Source: Klebsormidium nitens
Taxonomy: Eukaryota; Plantae; Klebsormidiophyceae
Direction: 5' to 3'
Length of the DNA: 64,000 bases
NCBI GenBank assembly: GCA_000708835.1
Contig: DF236956.1
Span: forward strand, 372,001-436,000
Within the stretch, counting starts at the first letter, position 1, and the number at the start of each line of letters is the position of its first letter. The notes under the pieces were generated by a model. It was not told the DNA's origin. It did no database searches and saw only the letters and a list, made by a program, of their open reading frames with translations. Below, in pieces: positions 1-13,345 of this stretch. A program made the translations under genes and the position numbers.

Positions 1-812
1 GACAGAGTGGGTTTATGGGTTGATCTACCTTTGCGTATATGTATCGGTCTCTTGACGCGTCATGTCACTGAGTGCTAGTGCTCTGAATATTGTGCCATTC
101 CATTCTGAAGTTCGTGCCAGCACGTTCAAACAGAGAAACAGTACAGATCGGATACTCAAGACGTGTGATATTGACGAGTTCTCGAGCCGGTGGCTTTTCG
201 AAAGGGCGCCAATTTATGCAATGCCCCCGGCCTTCAAGTTACTTCATTCGTCAAACCGTTGGATGTGAAGATTCTTATGAAGTCCGAGAAGTCGAAGTGC
301 AAGATAACATACAACCGTCGATTCAATTCATTTCGATATGTAAGTTGTAACCACATCGACGGTTGCAGATCAAGATTGGACTCATGTGAGTCAGCGCCCG
401 CGCGCCGACGTGCATACATCCATGAAGGTCCTTCGAGAGCTGGGCTGAGCGCAGCATGAGGCCTCTGTCCTCCCTGAATCCTGTTCTTCTTTGCTGAGCG
501 CCGGGAAGCTGAGGCGTTGGCAGCTCGAGCAAGGCTTTCTTTGATGGTGCTCCCGGCTCGAGCCACCGCTGGAAGTTGAAAGTATAGCTTGCTCTTTTTC
601 ATAGCTAGAACGCACGCCACTTTTTGGCAGATACAGGAGCATCTGATGAGATGCTGAGGCTTAAATCTGGCAGCACTCGAGCTTCTCGAGTTGAGCCAAG
701 GATCAAAGGCTTGCAGCCAACTGAAATAGAGAAATAACGCACTGCGGTTGCTTGCCGTTTGACCGGAAGCCCTTACTTTCCAAACCTCTTTCTAAGCCCT
801 ACTCTGTCAGCA

Positions 813-3800
813 ATGGCAAGACCATCCCTCGATGACATTACACCCGAGCTCGAGCGCGTGTGGAGCACCGACCCCTCATCCCCTGATGTCTCCATCCACT
901 CTTACGCACATAGTCCCGTCCATGCTGCAGTCCTGTCCAAAGACCATGCAGCACTTAACGCAATTTTGAGAATTCTCCCCAAACCAGCTTTGGAGGGGAG
1001 TGTCCTAACTGAAGAGCAGTCTATCAAAGCTGAGGAAGATGCCGAGGCTGCCTCTGCAATGATTGACAGGCGGGACGTGCCGGGGAAGGTGAGTGGGGCA
1101 GCGCCTAGTTTCAAAAGCTGCGAGGTGGCGAGAGTGTCATGGCTTGAACGATCTGGGGGCCGGGCTTGGCTCCAGAATCAACACTTTGTGATTGTAGCAT
1201 TATTGGTTCAAGTAGTCTCGCAGATGGTCACCCATCTGCTGACTTTCATACGGGTGTACACTGTTTGGAGGCGGTGCATAATCTCGTGCGGCGCCCTTCT
1301 TGAAAGGATAGTCAAGCCCAAAAGGTTCGGTGTGAAACAAGCCTTAGCCAACACTGGTGCCAACCAAGATATCTCTCAAGACTCAAACATGTTGCAACGC
1401 TCTCAACTTGATCAAGCAGACACCGAAATGCAGTGCTTACGTAGGTAAACTTTTAGGAGTCCTTCTTTTCTCTTCCCTGTTTCAGGAGTCAGCACTGCAC
1501 ATGGCGGTACGCGTGAAAGACCCTGTGGCGTTGGAGCTGTTGATGCTGGCGGGGGCTGACATCAGCTTGCAAAACGTTGGGGGGTGGACTGCCCTGCAGG
1601 TATGCCCTGACAAAGTCAAAATATTTGTTGGCGATTGGGGATGTGTTACGACGCGAAAAAAAGCATCTCAAGCCGGTTCTGCCTGACTCCGGCTAGTGCT
1701 GCCAGCGGCTATACGGGACAATTTTCTGGGATTACAGATTTTAAGTTCTGATGTCATTCGTGTAGGTGTATAGCACCTCTGAGACCACAGGTCTTTTAGT
1801 CGTGATCTCATCTCTGTCTAGTTGGAGGTTTGGGATCTTACATGCAACTGCTTCACTAAAGGCTTACTGGCTCGAATTTGACAGTGCAACTTTTTTTCGC
1901 AGGAAGCAGTGTGTGCGGGGGAGCCGGCGCTGGCAGCTATCATCATGCGAGAGTATCAAAGCTTGGTGAGATTGTTGACCAGTACCCGAGTGCCTTCATA
2001 ATCGATCTTCAGACCGACTTAGAAGCTGTCCCCCAACGCGGTATCAAGTATGATCACCTGTTACATGCATCTCCTTAAGCTTGTTTTATGTGAAGGTTCT
2101 CAATCTGTGCCATATATCTTAGGACTGCCAACGGGCGTTCTTCCAATGTGCAGGAATCACTAAGCATTTGTCATGCCACTTCCTTTTTCCAACAAGGTCC
2201 ATCAGCGACCAAACAGCAAAGCAAGGCCACTATATTGTTCATTTCAATCCTAGCCCCACAAGAACCGGCGGTGCACCTTTCTAAATCAAGAACGGTGCGT
2301 GTCTTCTCCTCTCCAGGCTTGGGCCAAATGGCTGCGGCGGTTGCCCCGTCTGGTCGCGACCATGAAGCGCATGCGCGACTTCTACATGGAGCTCACCTGG
2401 AACTTTGAGAGCTCCGTTATCCCCTTCATCGGCAAGATTGCCCCCTCAGATACTTATAGGTGAGCGCCTGCTTCATTGGTTTCTCTCTGAGCACATGTTA
2501 GCAATGGGCAACGAGGGCTTTGGTGTGTTGTAAGAACTTGTTGGGGACCTACACATAGGCTGCAACGTGCAACCTCTGAGAGTATGTCCGGCACTTTGCA
2601 ATCGAAGGTAGCGTCCAGTAGAATATCTTTTGGACGATGGTCACATGGCCATGCAAAATCACAGCAGCTTCGATCCAGTGTACTCCCTTTGACCTTCCAT
2701 GCAGTTTCTCGGTGTAAGAAGGCAGGGGGTGGTCAACTTTTGCAGAACAGATGCACAGGAGAGTAGTCAGTGGGAAACGTGCTCTGAGGCACACGAAACG
2801 TGTCTGCTCTAAAGGCACACGAAACGTGTCAATTCGGCTTCAAGGCTGACGTTCCCTTCCCACGCCTCACTTTGCAGGATCTGGAAGCGCGGCGCGTCCC
2901 TGCGCGCCGACATGACCCTCGAGGGGTTCGACGGCTTCCGCATCAAGCGCGCGGACCAAAGCATCCTCTTCCTTGGCGAAGGCACCCCCGACGGGCGCGT
3001 AAAGCCTGGGGGCGTGATCGTGCTCATGCACAAAGAAAAGGAGATAGCGGACGCCCTCGAGGGCGCGGGGGGATCCCTGAGCGATGCTGACCTGGCTGCT
3101 GACGTGGCGGACCTGTTCAAGACGAACGTGCACCGGGCGGGGCTTGACGTGACGAAAGCGACGCTGGTGCCGGTGAAGACGTGGCGGCGGCACGAGAAGG
3201 AGGAGGCGGTCGGGCCGTGGCAGAGCAAGGTGGGGCTGCTGACGTCACTAAGTGACGTTCCTGCTGACGTATAAAATGTCAGCTTTTTAGTACAGTTCCC
3301 AGACCTCAAGGAAGACGCTATACCCGCGTCGGACAATTGAGAGGGCAGTAACCTGCTGCGAAATTTTCTCGCGGCTACCGATAAATGTGCTGGAGCGCTT
3401 TGAGCTGCACACTCCTTGTGCAGTCCAGGAGGTTGGTTAAGTGCTCGGTTAAAGGCTTCTAATTTGATGAGCACTGGGTGGACGGTTTCTTTGTGTTGCT
3501 TTTTCTTCTTGCAGTGAGCCCTTACGGATCTCGCCGTGAAAGGACCAATTGCCAACAAAACATGTAGCCGAACAACGGCCGAAGCGCCAACGAGCGCACC
3601 GCCGCATTTTACCTCTTCTCGGGTCTGGAAGAATTATCTATTCAACCGAGTCAACCTAGCGTCTGCTCTTCTTCAGGTGACACACTTGTCCGTGTACGAT
3701 CAGTACTGATATAAGAAGCCCAAGTTATAATACTTCAAGCTGCCAAAGATGGTTGGGATTCGTCATGGACATGGGGTAGTCTTGGGGTTTTGCGTTTTGC

Positions 3801-6800
3801 GTGGGCAGGGGTGCGGAGCAGGGATACATTCATTCAGGCTTTCAGTGTTCGCCCCCTTCTAATCATAACTTGCGCTTGTGACTCATTCTAAATATTCACT
3901 TCTAGCTTGCGGTTCTTCGCAGGTGATCGACATGCACCACGTGATGGTCACCTTCCGCTCGCGCAAGGTCCCCGGGGCCATGTCCGACGAAGAGCTGTTC
4001 AACCTGCGTCCCGAGGACGAGGACGCGGGTTCCGCACGCAGCGATGACGACTATGCTGACGTCCTCACGGAGGAGGAGCGTAAGCAGCTCAAAGAAGCCA
4101 TGGAAAACGCGCCTTCGATCGACCTGGATTCTGAAGCCGGTGTCAACGAGGCAGGGGAAGACGGAAGCGAGCGGTCGTTGACACCCAAAGAGTCGGCGGC
4201 AGAAATCGGGGCCGGAGCGGAAAAGGGACTGCGGAACGGCGGAGAGGGGGCCGGAAGTTTGACACCAGAAAGGGGAAGGAGTAAAGAAGGAGCCCCGCTG
4301 CTAGGATCGGCGTCAACGTCTGAAAGCGAGGGGCTCGTGCCAAGCGAGAAGCCCGCGCGGAAGAGTTGGTTTGGGTGGGGCAGAAAACAGCACGCATCGT
4401 CCGAGTCCCCGTCCGAAAACGTGACCGATGCGGACGGTTCCAGTCGGAGCGGCGCCGATTCGATCCAGTCCCCCATGCATTCGAAACGGGGCAGCAAGCA
4501 CCAGGGGGGCGAGGAGCGAAAGGAGGAAACCGGGTCAGAAATGGAGTTTAGCAAGGGGTTAAAGCCGACGCTTTGGCTGACGGACGGGTTTCCGTTGCGA
4601 GTGGAAGAGTTACTGCCCCTGCTGGACCTGCTGTCGCCCCGGGTGAAGGCGGTGCGCCGGTTGAGGGAGCTGCTGACTGTGAAAATGCCCCGGGGGACTT
4701 TCCCGGTCAAGGTGAGGCGGTGGCCGAACTTCGGTCGGTACATCTCAAACTGACTTAGCAGGCGTGTGATACAAGTCACGGGGGGGTAAAGTGTGATACT
4801 TAGGGTAGGGTGGGTGCGGAGTTGTCTGGTTTTTGTTTCGCCCTTATTTAATGTGCCTGGTTGACTCAAGTTCAGATTACACGCCAGTTGGGTTACATGA
4901 ACGTTGCCCAGTAAGGGTGGTAGGACTTTCAGCGACGCCTCCATATGGACTTGGAGTTTGTCGAGATAGTTATTTAGGGCCAAGCTCAATTTCAACGTAG
5001 GCAATGAGCGACTTTTTGCATCGACTTTGGTTCGAGGAGTCAAAGCGGTTGACTGTCGAGATACCTCAGGGAATGTTTTCGGTAAAGGTGAGGGGTGGCC
5101 GGGGGTCCATTGACAGTTGCTCATCAAAATGGGAAGTGGTCGGAATAGCTTTTCAGGTCAAGCCAAGTCTCGACGGGATGATCGAGCCACTTTTCGCATC
5201 GGAGAACCACTTAGGACAAATGATCGTAAGCTGGAAACTTTTTCTGACGGCCAGATAGTCACCGAATGTTCGCCAAAGCGGCGGTAGCAGCGGAGGACAG
5301 AGTGGTATTGTTTTCCTACCACCTTCATGAACCCGGTTTTGTTCACCCCAACTCAGGCTTCCATTGCCCCTACCTTCCCATCCAGTGCAGATCAAGCGGC
5401 TCAGCCTTTTGGGTCCTCAGTGAGTCAGGATACTTTTGTCTCTCAAGCAAAGTGTCTCAAGGAGCAATCTGCGTCGCAACATTAAGAATCAAGGCACACG
5501 TTTCCTTGATCCTTCTCGCTCGCGGCCCGTTTATCTCCAGGTCGCGATACCCATTATCCCTACGATCCGAGTCGTCGTCACCGTTTCCAAGTTCCGGGAG
5601 GTTGCCCGGTTGGCTCCCCCGGGCACTGAGGAACTAGAGGAGGATGAGTTTGAGGACGCGCAGTCGGAGATGCCCAAGCGGGGCTGGATGGAGTGGGTCC
5701 GGGGAGCCCCAGGAGAGAACGAGAGCGGAGAACGGACCTCGGGGGATGGCGCGGGCGGACCGGGGGCAGGTAAGCGCAAAAATGGCTCTATTTCAATTTC
5801 ATTCGTAGAGCAGCTTTTATCACTTCCTTCTTGCTTTGCTTGAAACTTCAACGAGCAATCATTGGAGCCTTAGGGGGAGCCCCAGAAAGAACTAGAGCGG
5901 AGAAGGGTCCTCGGGGGATGGTGCGGGCGGAGCGGGGGCAGGTAAGTGCAGAAATGGATGTCTCTAAGAGTCGTTTGTAGAGCAGCCTTGTTCACCACCT
6001 GTTTTGGTTCTTTCCGGGCATACGGGGCATCATTTCAGGTTGAATAGAAGTTTTGTTTTGCCCTTCCATTCGCCCTGCTGCTTTGGCGAAAGGCCTTTTC
6101 CTTTTTTTGCTTTGCTTTGAATGTACACGGAGTATTCCTTTGAGCTGTACGGGAACCTCCGAAGATTACGAAAGCAGAAAAGGGACCTCCGGGGATGGCG
6201 GCGCAGGGCCGGGAGCAGGTAAGCTTCTTTGGAGCAAGCCCTTTGAGGTTTTATTAATAACTGAGAGCGAAAGAAAAAGGTTTGTAGTTGGGAGAAACAG
6301 CAAAAGAAAGGCAGATGCACTTGCCGAAGCTTCGATATGCTCCAAGAGAGTGGAACCGTTTGTTTAGCGCCCTTCTGACGCCATAAGCATCCTGAGGTAC
6401 CGCAGAGTATTCAGAATTTCAGAAACTCAGGCATCGTGTGGCATGCCACAGTTGTGACGTGAAAAATCATACGTTCCACAATATTTCGACGTGAGATACG
6501 GAGAAGCCCCATCACCAATAGTCTCGATGTTTCCTTTTCCCTCCGCAGCAGCCTTTTCAGTGTTCTGACTCCCTACGACAGCTTCGGAGTGCTCCTCCGA
6601 ACTTCTGTTTCTATCTTCCGCAACCTTCCGGAAAACACCTGAGATTCGTCAAAGACTCGAGGTTATTCGGGTCATTGACAAGAGAGATGACAACAAAACC
6701 CAGTTCACTCTTCAAATTGCAGCGGACGCCTTCGCAATCCCGGCAGACTACGCTTGGGTGAGCAGCGAGGAGAAGAGGAGGCGGGACCGAGAAAAGAAGC

Positions 6801-6865
6801 AGCAGAAGAGGTTGAAAAAAGGGAAGGGCAAGGTAGGCAGTAGCGAGCAGAACCAAAAGGGCTAG
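813..6865 (+). CDS. ANKRD13-like ankyrin repeat / GPCR-chaperone (DUF3424) domain protein, 8 exons, ~702 aa
   Basis: Exons 813-1088, 1486-1599, 1903-1965, 2317-2459, 2878-3229, 3923-4711, 5541-5769 and 6723-6865 join in frame through GT-AG introns. Family motifs recognised from memory: IDRRDVPGK-ESALHMAV, WAKWLRRLPRL, RDFYMELTWNFESSVIPFIGKIAPSDTYRIWKRG..LRADMTLEGFDG, KGLKPTLWLTDGFPL..ELLPLLDLL, FPVKVAIPIIPTIRVVVT, DAFAIPADYAWV. Confidence 0.92.
5030..5100 (+). repeat. Intronic degenerate copy of the 3' end and GT donor of ANKRD13-like exon 6
   Basis: tgactgtcgagatacctcagggaatgttttcggtaaag|gtgaggggtggcc matches the functional tgactgtgaaaatgccccgggggactttcccggtcaag|gtgaggcggtggcc at 4674-4725. 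Confidence 0.8.
5874..6225 (+). repeat. Two intronic copies of the 3' end and donor of ANKRD13-like exon 7
   Basis: Copies at ~5874-5960 and ~6178-6225 of ...ggacctcgggggatggcgcgggcggaccgggggcag|gtaag (functional donor 5769|5770). Both copies keep CAG|GTAAG. Confidence 0.85.
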
Positions 6866-7985
6866 GGCGTTGCCAGCGTAGATTGTGTTAGCAAGTCCAT
6901 CACCTGGCTGTGGCTTAGTTCAACGTCTGTCAATACATGCTAGCATAAGCCCGCTTAGGGAGTTCAGTCAGGTTTCAAAGCTCAGAAATTGCAGAAAATC
7001 GAGCCGCAATCGAGCCAGCGCAAGAGGGCAGAGCATGTATAGAACGATGCGTCAGCCGAAGGTGACCGTTCATGGACCGTCAATTTCTTCAATCGAGCTC
7101 ACTCAGTGCAATTGATCCTGAAGTTGGACATTGTATTAAATTTTCGTGATCCAGATGTTGTATCACCGTTATAGCGATCGACGTACTTGCGGACCTGAAA
7201 TGCGAGGCATGATGTCATACGAATGCAGCGCACGGACTGATCCAGGTGCTCGTGCAGTGGTACTAGCGCTGGCCCGGGCGCCATGCATGATTGCCATGTA
7301 AAGCGCACGATGGCGCTTGTCAGAAGCACGTACGTGGCAGCGTCCACACCTGTACTGCCGCTCGTGGATAATGAAATTTCAGGTGCCATTCCGACGTACA
7401 AGCAACTTAACCTGCGAGTCGCATGAATTGGAATTCCGTGGAAGCTTCAATAAAACGGGCTAGCCTGAGCTTTCTGTGAGTCTCGGTTATCGAGGCATGC
7501 CACGATGCGGCATGATCGACTAACTTATGTACCTCTACTTTGGTATACATATGACATCGAGACTAAATGATTAAAGGTATGATTGACGTGACGCGCTGGC
7601 ATGCACTAACTCTAGCAATTCTACAAATGACACCTTCAATCACTCGAAATGGGTATCGCATGTGTGCAACTTACTGCCTTCACTCGAGCCAGCGCGCTTT
7701 CGATCAAATTTGAAATCGAGCTGACAAGCCTGCACTAAGACAGCTAGGCTAGTCTATTCCGACATGGCAACGGACCCGTTTCCTTCAGTGCGTGCACGGT
7801 GCCACGTGTGAAATTGCAGCTGCAGTCGGTGTGAGTTCATGGCGCAGTCTCGTCGTACTTTCGCTTTGTTTTTGATATTGTTCGGCGTCCCATCTGATCC
7901 CGTTTCTAGCTAACAGCAGTCCCCCACAGGTATATGATCAACGCATGAATGTTCTACAATGTAATAAAGTACATCATGCGTCATG

Positions 7986-10900
7986 TCATTGGCCACCGGT
8001 TGACATGTTAAGCTGCAACTGACGTGTCTTTCCTTGTTCGGAAGCGCACTCTTCACGGGCCTCCGTTCGCAGAGCTGCGTATTGCTCTTTCAGATGCAGG
8101 ATCTGCGCAGAAGAGGATATGACGTAAGCAAGTGCGGTCTCCTCGTCAGCGATACTTGATTATGAAAACGGCACGGTGTGAGGTCTACAAGTTTCAAAAG
8201 TAAAATGTGCTTAATGTTGGATCACCCAACACTACTGTGGTTGTAATTGAGCAGTGGGCTGGATGCAAAAATTATTTTGGATAGAAACCACGCAAGAGAA
8301 AGTTTAAGAGGACTTGTTGCCAGTTTGAAGACGTCAGAACAAGGTGAATCGACCAGAGAGGTAGTCACAAGCGGAGACTCCCTCGTACTTACTTCGCCCA
8401 CTGCCGAATCACCTTTAACCTCCTGCTTATGTGATGCACAAGGATGTGCTGACGTCGGCAGAGAGTGCTATTGAGGAGTCTCACCTCACTGTGCAACGGG
8501 CTGTTCAGGCAACATGTGTTCGTCAGGGACTGAAGCTCTTCACGGACAGTCGCGTCTTTTGCGGACGCCCACACCTCGCTCTGGCAGACGAGCAGCAAGA
8601 CCGTCACCAGGTCGACACGTGTCGGTCCGTCAGTGGCTGGAACCGGTTCGGTCAGCGGATCCTCCGCTAGCAGAGTGTTTTCTCTGCTTCGTTCTATGGA
8701 ACTTGAATCAAAGCGCCCCGTTCCGTTGGTCAATTTATCCGGCCCTGTTCCGTTGATGCCATTGTTTGGCACTGCTACGGCCGTTTCTCCCAAACCTGAA
8801 ACTCCAGCCCCTTCTGATTCCGAATCTTTCTCCATCTCCGATTGTGCATAACGTACTTGTGGTACGCCCACTTCGTCGAACTCTTGTTCCGCCGACGCTT
8901 CCATTCTCGCTCGCTTCGCTGCGGGCTCTAAGTCTCTCTGCCCTTCGAAGTCTCTGCTTTTGTCGACTGACGTCACGCCATGTCTCTCGACAAAAGTGCC
9001 ACGTGTCTCGTTGGAAGTATCCCTGTTATTGTCTACCGTCGGATCGTCACAGTCGAGGGGTCCTCTTGGCTCGATGCTGGTTTTAAGCCTTCGCTCTGTT
9101 TGCCGCGTCACCCAGCTTGACACCAGCCGGAAGATTCGCAGCGACCGCAGCTGTCTAAGGATTTGGTCCTGCAAGGCGAGAAGCTGATTCGGTTTCTTAA
9201 AGAACAGCTCGATTTGTTGGGTCTGAAACGGATAATTGCTGCAAAAATCCACAATCTGTGCTAACATCAAGCGGATATAGACCGTAGCGTCCGAGTTAGG
9301 TTAGGTTCCCAGTTGACTTATGAGTCCTTGGTCCTTGATCCAGGGTTTTGAGGAAGGTGGATTTGAGGCCTATGCGCACACGCAGGGTGACGGGATCTGT
9401 ACGGGTTGGTTGTCAACTCGATCGAAAGGGCGAAGTCCCTTCTGGCAAATTGCGATCGAAGCCTCCGCTTGTTAAGAAATCTAGGCTCTCTTACTGCTCT
9501 ATTTCGACAACGTTCTATCTTGGTTCCCGTCAGGTTTGCGTCAACGGGATCCTACTTCGACACTGAAATTTCGGGCGAAGAGATAAAATGAGCGGCGATA
9601 TGCAAAGACAATCGCCCTACAACCTAAAGTCAGTTCGAAGGGGTCCGACCAGAGGCGTCTCAACCATGCACTAAGACACAGAATCACGCACATTCCATGT
9701 TTGTAAACAGCTGTCTCCGCTAGCTTGACGGCAGGGAGCACAGCCATCTCTGTGGCAACATCACAAGAGAAGGATTCTCCTGGTCGAAGCAAAAGCAAGT
9801 CCAACAACCTAAACCAGGCGCTAAACAAGTGGCTACCTTGACGGCCTCCACAACCTGCCCCTCCCGCGGCACCAACGCGTCCTCGCCAACTGGCGCCACC
9901 GCCCGCATCCACGTCAGCAAGTGGGTGACGTCATCCGGCAGGTCCTCGAGGACCGCGCCGAGCGCCTGCTCCCCGGTGCTGACGTCAGCACGACGGAGCA
10001 CGTCGGAGATGCCCGTCGAGGCGTATGCTGCCACCGCCCACCATTCAGGATCGGGTCGGGCCTGGGAAGGAGGGGAAAATTGCCTCATGGATCAGTGCTG
10101 CAGAAAGTATTCAGGAACGATGTCTTAGGTTCCCGTTGAGACGTTTCTTGCCGCCTTCTTGCCCCTTCATGAGTGTCGGGACGAATCTGGAGGGACGAGG
10201 GTCGGTTCGCGAGAAAATACACTCAAGAGAGTTCCGGGAGTTGAGCTTAGACAAGCGACACTCCGTAAGTCTGTCTGAAGAATCTTAGTGAGCAACAAGC
10301 AGCGAGGTTGAGAGCCTCTTTCCAGACCGCTGTCTTGAAAGCGCTTTTTTCCAGGCAACTTTCGTCGACGCAACCTGGTTCCTCCCCTGCTTCCTACACA
10401 ATTGTCTTTCCGCATCATCCAACCCTTTCTCCACTCGAGTTGCTTCGACGGAGAGGGGTATCGAACAACAGGCCGAAATATCAGCAGAGAATTGAGCGCG
10501 GGATGTCAGGAGGACGCAAGAGGGGGTCGACGGGAACTGTCTACTCTTTGATCCTTTGTATGAGCTCTGGTACTCTAATGATGTGAATTTCAGCGAGCGT
10601 ACTAATCGTGTAAAAATTCGAGCAGCCTGGGGATCAGTAGAAGAGAGGACTCCCCAGCGGGCCAGTAGGGAGCCATGAATTTATCTAAGATATACCTCTG
10701 AAAACCCGAAAGCTTGAGCAAAGGAAGACTCGAGATGCACCCGAAGCATACCAGGCTGAAGAGAGCGGCAGACGGCTGCGCCGGGGGCGTCAGCATGACG
10801 TAGCCCCGGGACTCCCCGGTCACTTTGTCGATCTGCTGCATGGCCTGCCATAGGAGCGGCAGGGGCACCCAGTGGGGGGGGTACTTGAACCGGGCCACGT

Positions 10901-12547
10901 CGAGAATGAGCACCAAGTCGCGCGCAGCGTGATACCCCCCGATGGGTGAGAAATGGCCATCACCCGTCTGTGATGTGAGACGGAAAGGAATGGTTACGAT
11001 GATTCTTCTGCTATCACTTGCTTCTGAGGGCGTGAAGGGTAGTATTCTTGGGACTGCGGGACAAGAGGAGTAGCCGCCCTCTAGATGTAACAAGGGAGTA
11101 GAACATAGAGTGTGTGGCTCCCGTTTGCGCCTGGAAAGGATGATGAGGTCTTAGTCAAGTATCTCTTCCGCTTACTGGATGATTGAGACTAAGCTTTCTC
11201 CTTTCTCGTTGTGATGAACAAGCGGCTAATTTGAGATGAAATTTGAAACTCGTACTTTCATTGACCAGCTTTTCTGCTTCTCAGTCTCTTGCTTCTCTTT
11301 GGAGCCTTCTGGGGCCGACACAAAAAAGAGATTTCAAGAAACATCTCTCAAAAACGCTCCTGTCGCAACTGACCTATAAAGGAAAAGTGGGACTCTGAAA
11401 GAACTTGGATTCTCGTTCCGCCGTTCACAGTAAAGCCGCCCGTTTCCTCCAAAGTCTCTCTTGCGAAGACATCTCAATCGCACCAAAAATGGTAGTCGAC
11501 GAAGTATCAATGGTTGCACTCATTGAGAGGATCTTTCCAGATAAAGAACGGTTGTTAATGGAAGAAAGTAGAGGTGTAAGGAGAGCGAAAAGCTTCAAGA
11601 GGGGAAGGAAAAAGAAGCAAACGACCTCGCCTGCAGGAACGCCCTCCTGCTGTACGCCACGATTATATGCCCCTCCCCACCTGCGGTTGCGCGCTGCACA
11701 TCTTCTCGGAACCCCCCCTCGCTCCCGCCACTCGCAAGCACGCTTTTCACCCCCGCACCCGCACACCGGGCTAAACACACCAGCTTATTGAACACGATGC
11801 CGTCTTTCTTGATCTTTTCTAACGGTTCGCAGCAGTCCAAGAGCGCTTCGTCGTACCAGCGCCAGGGACCTTTCCACGTGCGCCCGGGATCGATCGATAG
11901 GGCGTTGAGCGCGACGGAGAGGGAGGCGAGGCCGCAGTACGCGGGTTCGGCTTGGGTTTGGAACTGGGCGATGAGGGGGAAGAAGCCGGCGAGGCCGCCT
12001 GATACGAGGGCCTCCGCAAAGATTGTCTGCAGCATACAATAAGGAGGTTGAAAGGCCACTCCCCGAAGGGGGGGGGACACAAGGCTCTGTGCGTTTTGGC
12101 TCACAGATGCCTCCGTCCATGTTACGATCGTGTGCAGACAACAAGGGACAGTTTCTCAGGCAATCCTTGCTCTGATGAAGTTCTCGCCTTTGATGAAGTC
12201 CATCATGCTGACGAAATGAGCGATCCTTGGAGAATATATCAGAGAAAGATCCCCTGTGTACATGTTCAACTCTACTCCAGCCGGCCTTTGCACATGAGTG
12301 CTCAAATTGCTGCTCGGAAGAACGGGCGATGGCCTCGAAACTCGAATCTGATTAGCGGTGCCATTCTGAGACCTGGGAGCTATCGCAATGATACTGGGCG
12401 ACGTGAGTCCACAGCTTCCCGCCAAAGGGATTGACAGCTGTCGTGTAGAACACCCACCTTCCCTTCCTCAGAGGCAAAGTCGATGGCAGGGGGAGACGGG
12501 AGCTGGCGTCTGTAGAAGGAGGGCTGAGCTGGCGCTGTCTCCTGCAT
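7986..12547 (-). CDS. PCS1: Phytochelatin synthase (glutathione gamma-glutamylcysteinyltransferase), full length with C-terminal domain, 6 exons, ~584 aa
   Basis: Exons 12547-12458, 12026-11631, 10967-10752, 10061-9837, 9195-8485 and 8102-7986, all phase 0. Motifs SFYRRQLPSPPAIDF, FQTQAEPAYCGLASL (Cys), TGDGHFSPIGGY (His), LILDVARFKYPPHWVP (Asp), and C-terminal DLVTVLLL...SEILHLKEQ. An alternative start at 12607 is possible. Confidence 0.95.
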
Positions 12548-13345
12548 CAGACCTGCGGGGGGAGTAGGCCCCGAGAGCCGCCCCGCACACTTGCAGTCGG
12601 CCAACATGTTGGAGCAGTATTGCCCTTCAATTCTCTGCTTATGTAGCGGCTAAACCATTCTGCTTTTACCAGCTGGCGCACCCGATGTAATCTCCTCTGT
12701 CTGGAGATCCCAGCAAAATTGGGAAAGGCGCCCGACGGGAAGGAGTTGGCAGCTGTCAAGCTAGCTGTCTGCTTTTGAAAGGGTCTGCCAGGGACCCTGG
12801 TCTAAATCATCTTGTAAGTGGGCAGCTCAAGCTCCTTGGGCATCCCAGCTGGATCACGTTTCAATTGTGTCCAAAAGCGTTGTACCGTATCAGTTGCAGC
12901 CTTCGGAAAACGCCGTCAAAAACCAAACCTGCTGAGCTTGGTGTTCGATGTAGTGCCATTCACCACGTGTCTTCTAGCTCTAGTAGCTGACACTTGAAAG
13001 GCATTTAATGCAGTTGATTGTCACTAAAGGGGTGGCAGACGGTTTGGCTGAGACAATTCAGCGAAGACGTCTGAAATTTGAATGCAATGCTGAGAGGGAC
13101 ACAGAGCTAGCAGCTCAACGTTCAAGGACCGACAGTTGAAAGCATGCTGGTTGACTCTTCCGCTTCTTCCGCTTCCTCTGCCTCGGATCCCCCTGTGCGA
13201 ATAACGTCAGCAACCGAGGAAGAAGTGCAAGCCAACAACCATTACCGCCGCATTTTGACGATGTAATGAAGAGGCGTTTTTATTTCGCGGCGATCTCCCG
13301 CCTGGAAACGGTAAAATGCCGTTTGTGATATCACCGACGCGTTGC

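Noticed and set aside
234-620. Minus-strand 128-aa ORF (MKKSKLYF...), possibly a first exon of a divergent gene
   Set aside because: No recognisable motif, and downstream exons would lie outside the window.
4051-5127. Long antisense or alternative-frame ORFs over GC-rich exons (for example 4051-5127, 16327-17202, 62638-63705)
   Set aside because: They are shadows of the real coding strand, caused by GC-rich codon usage.
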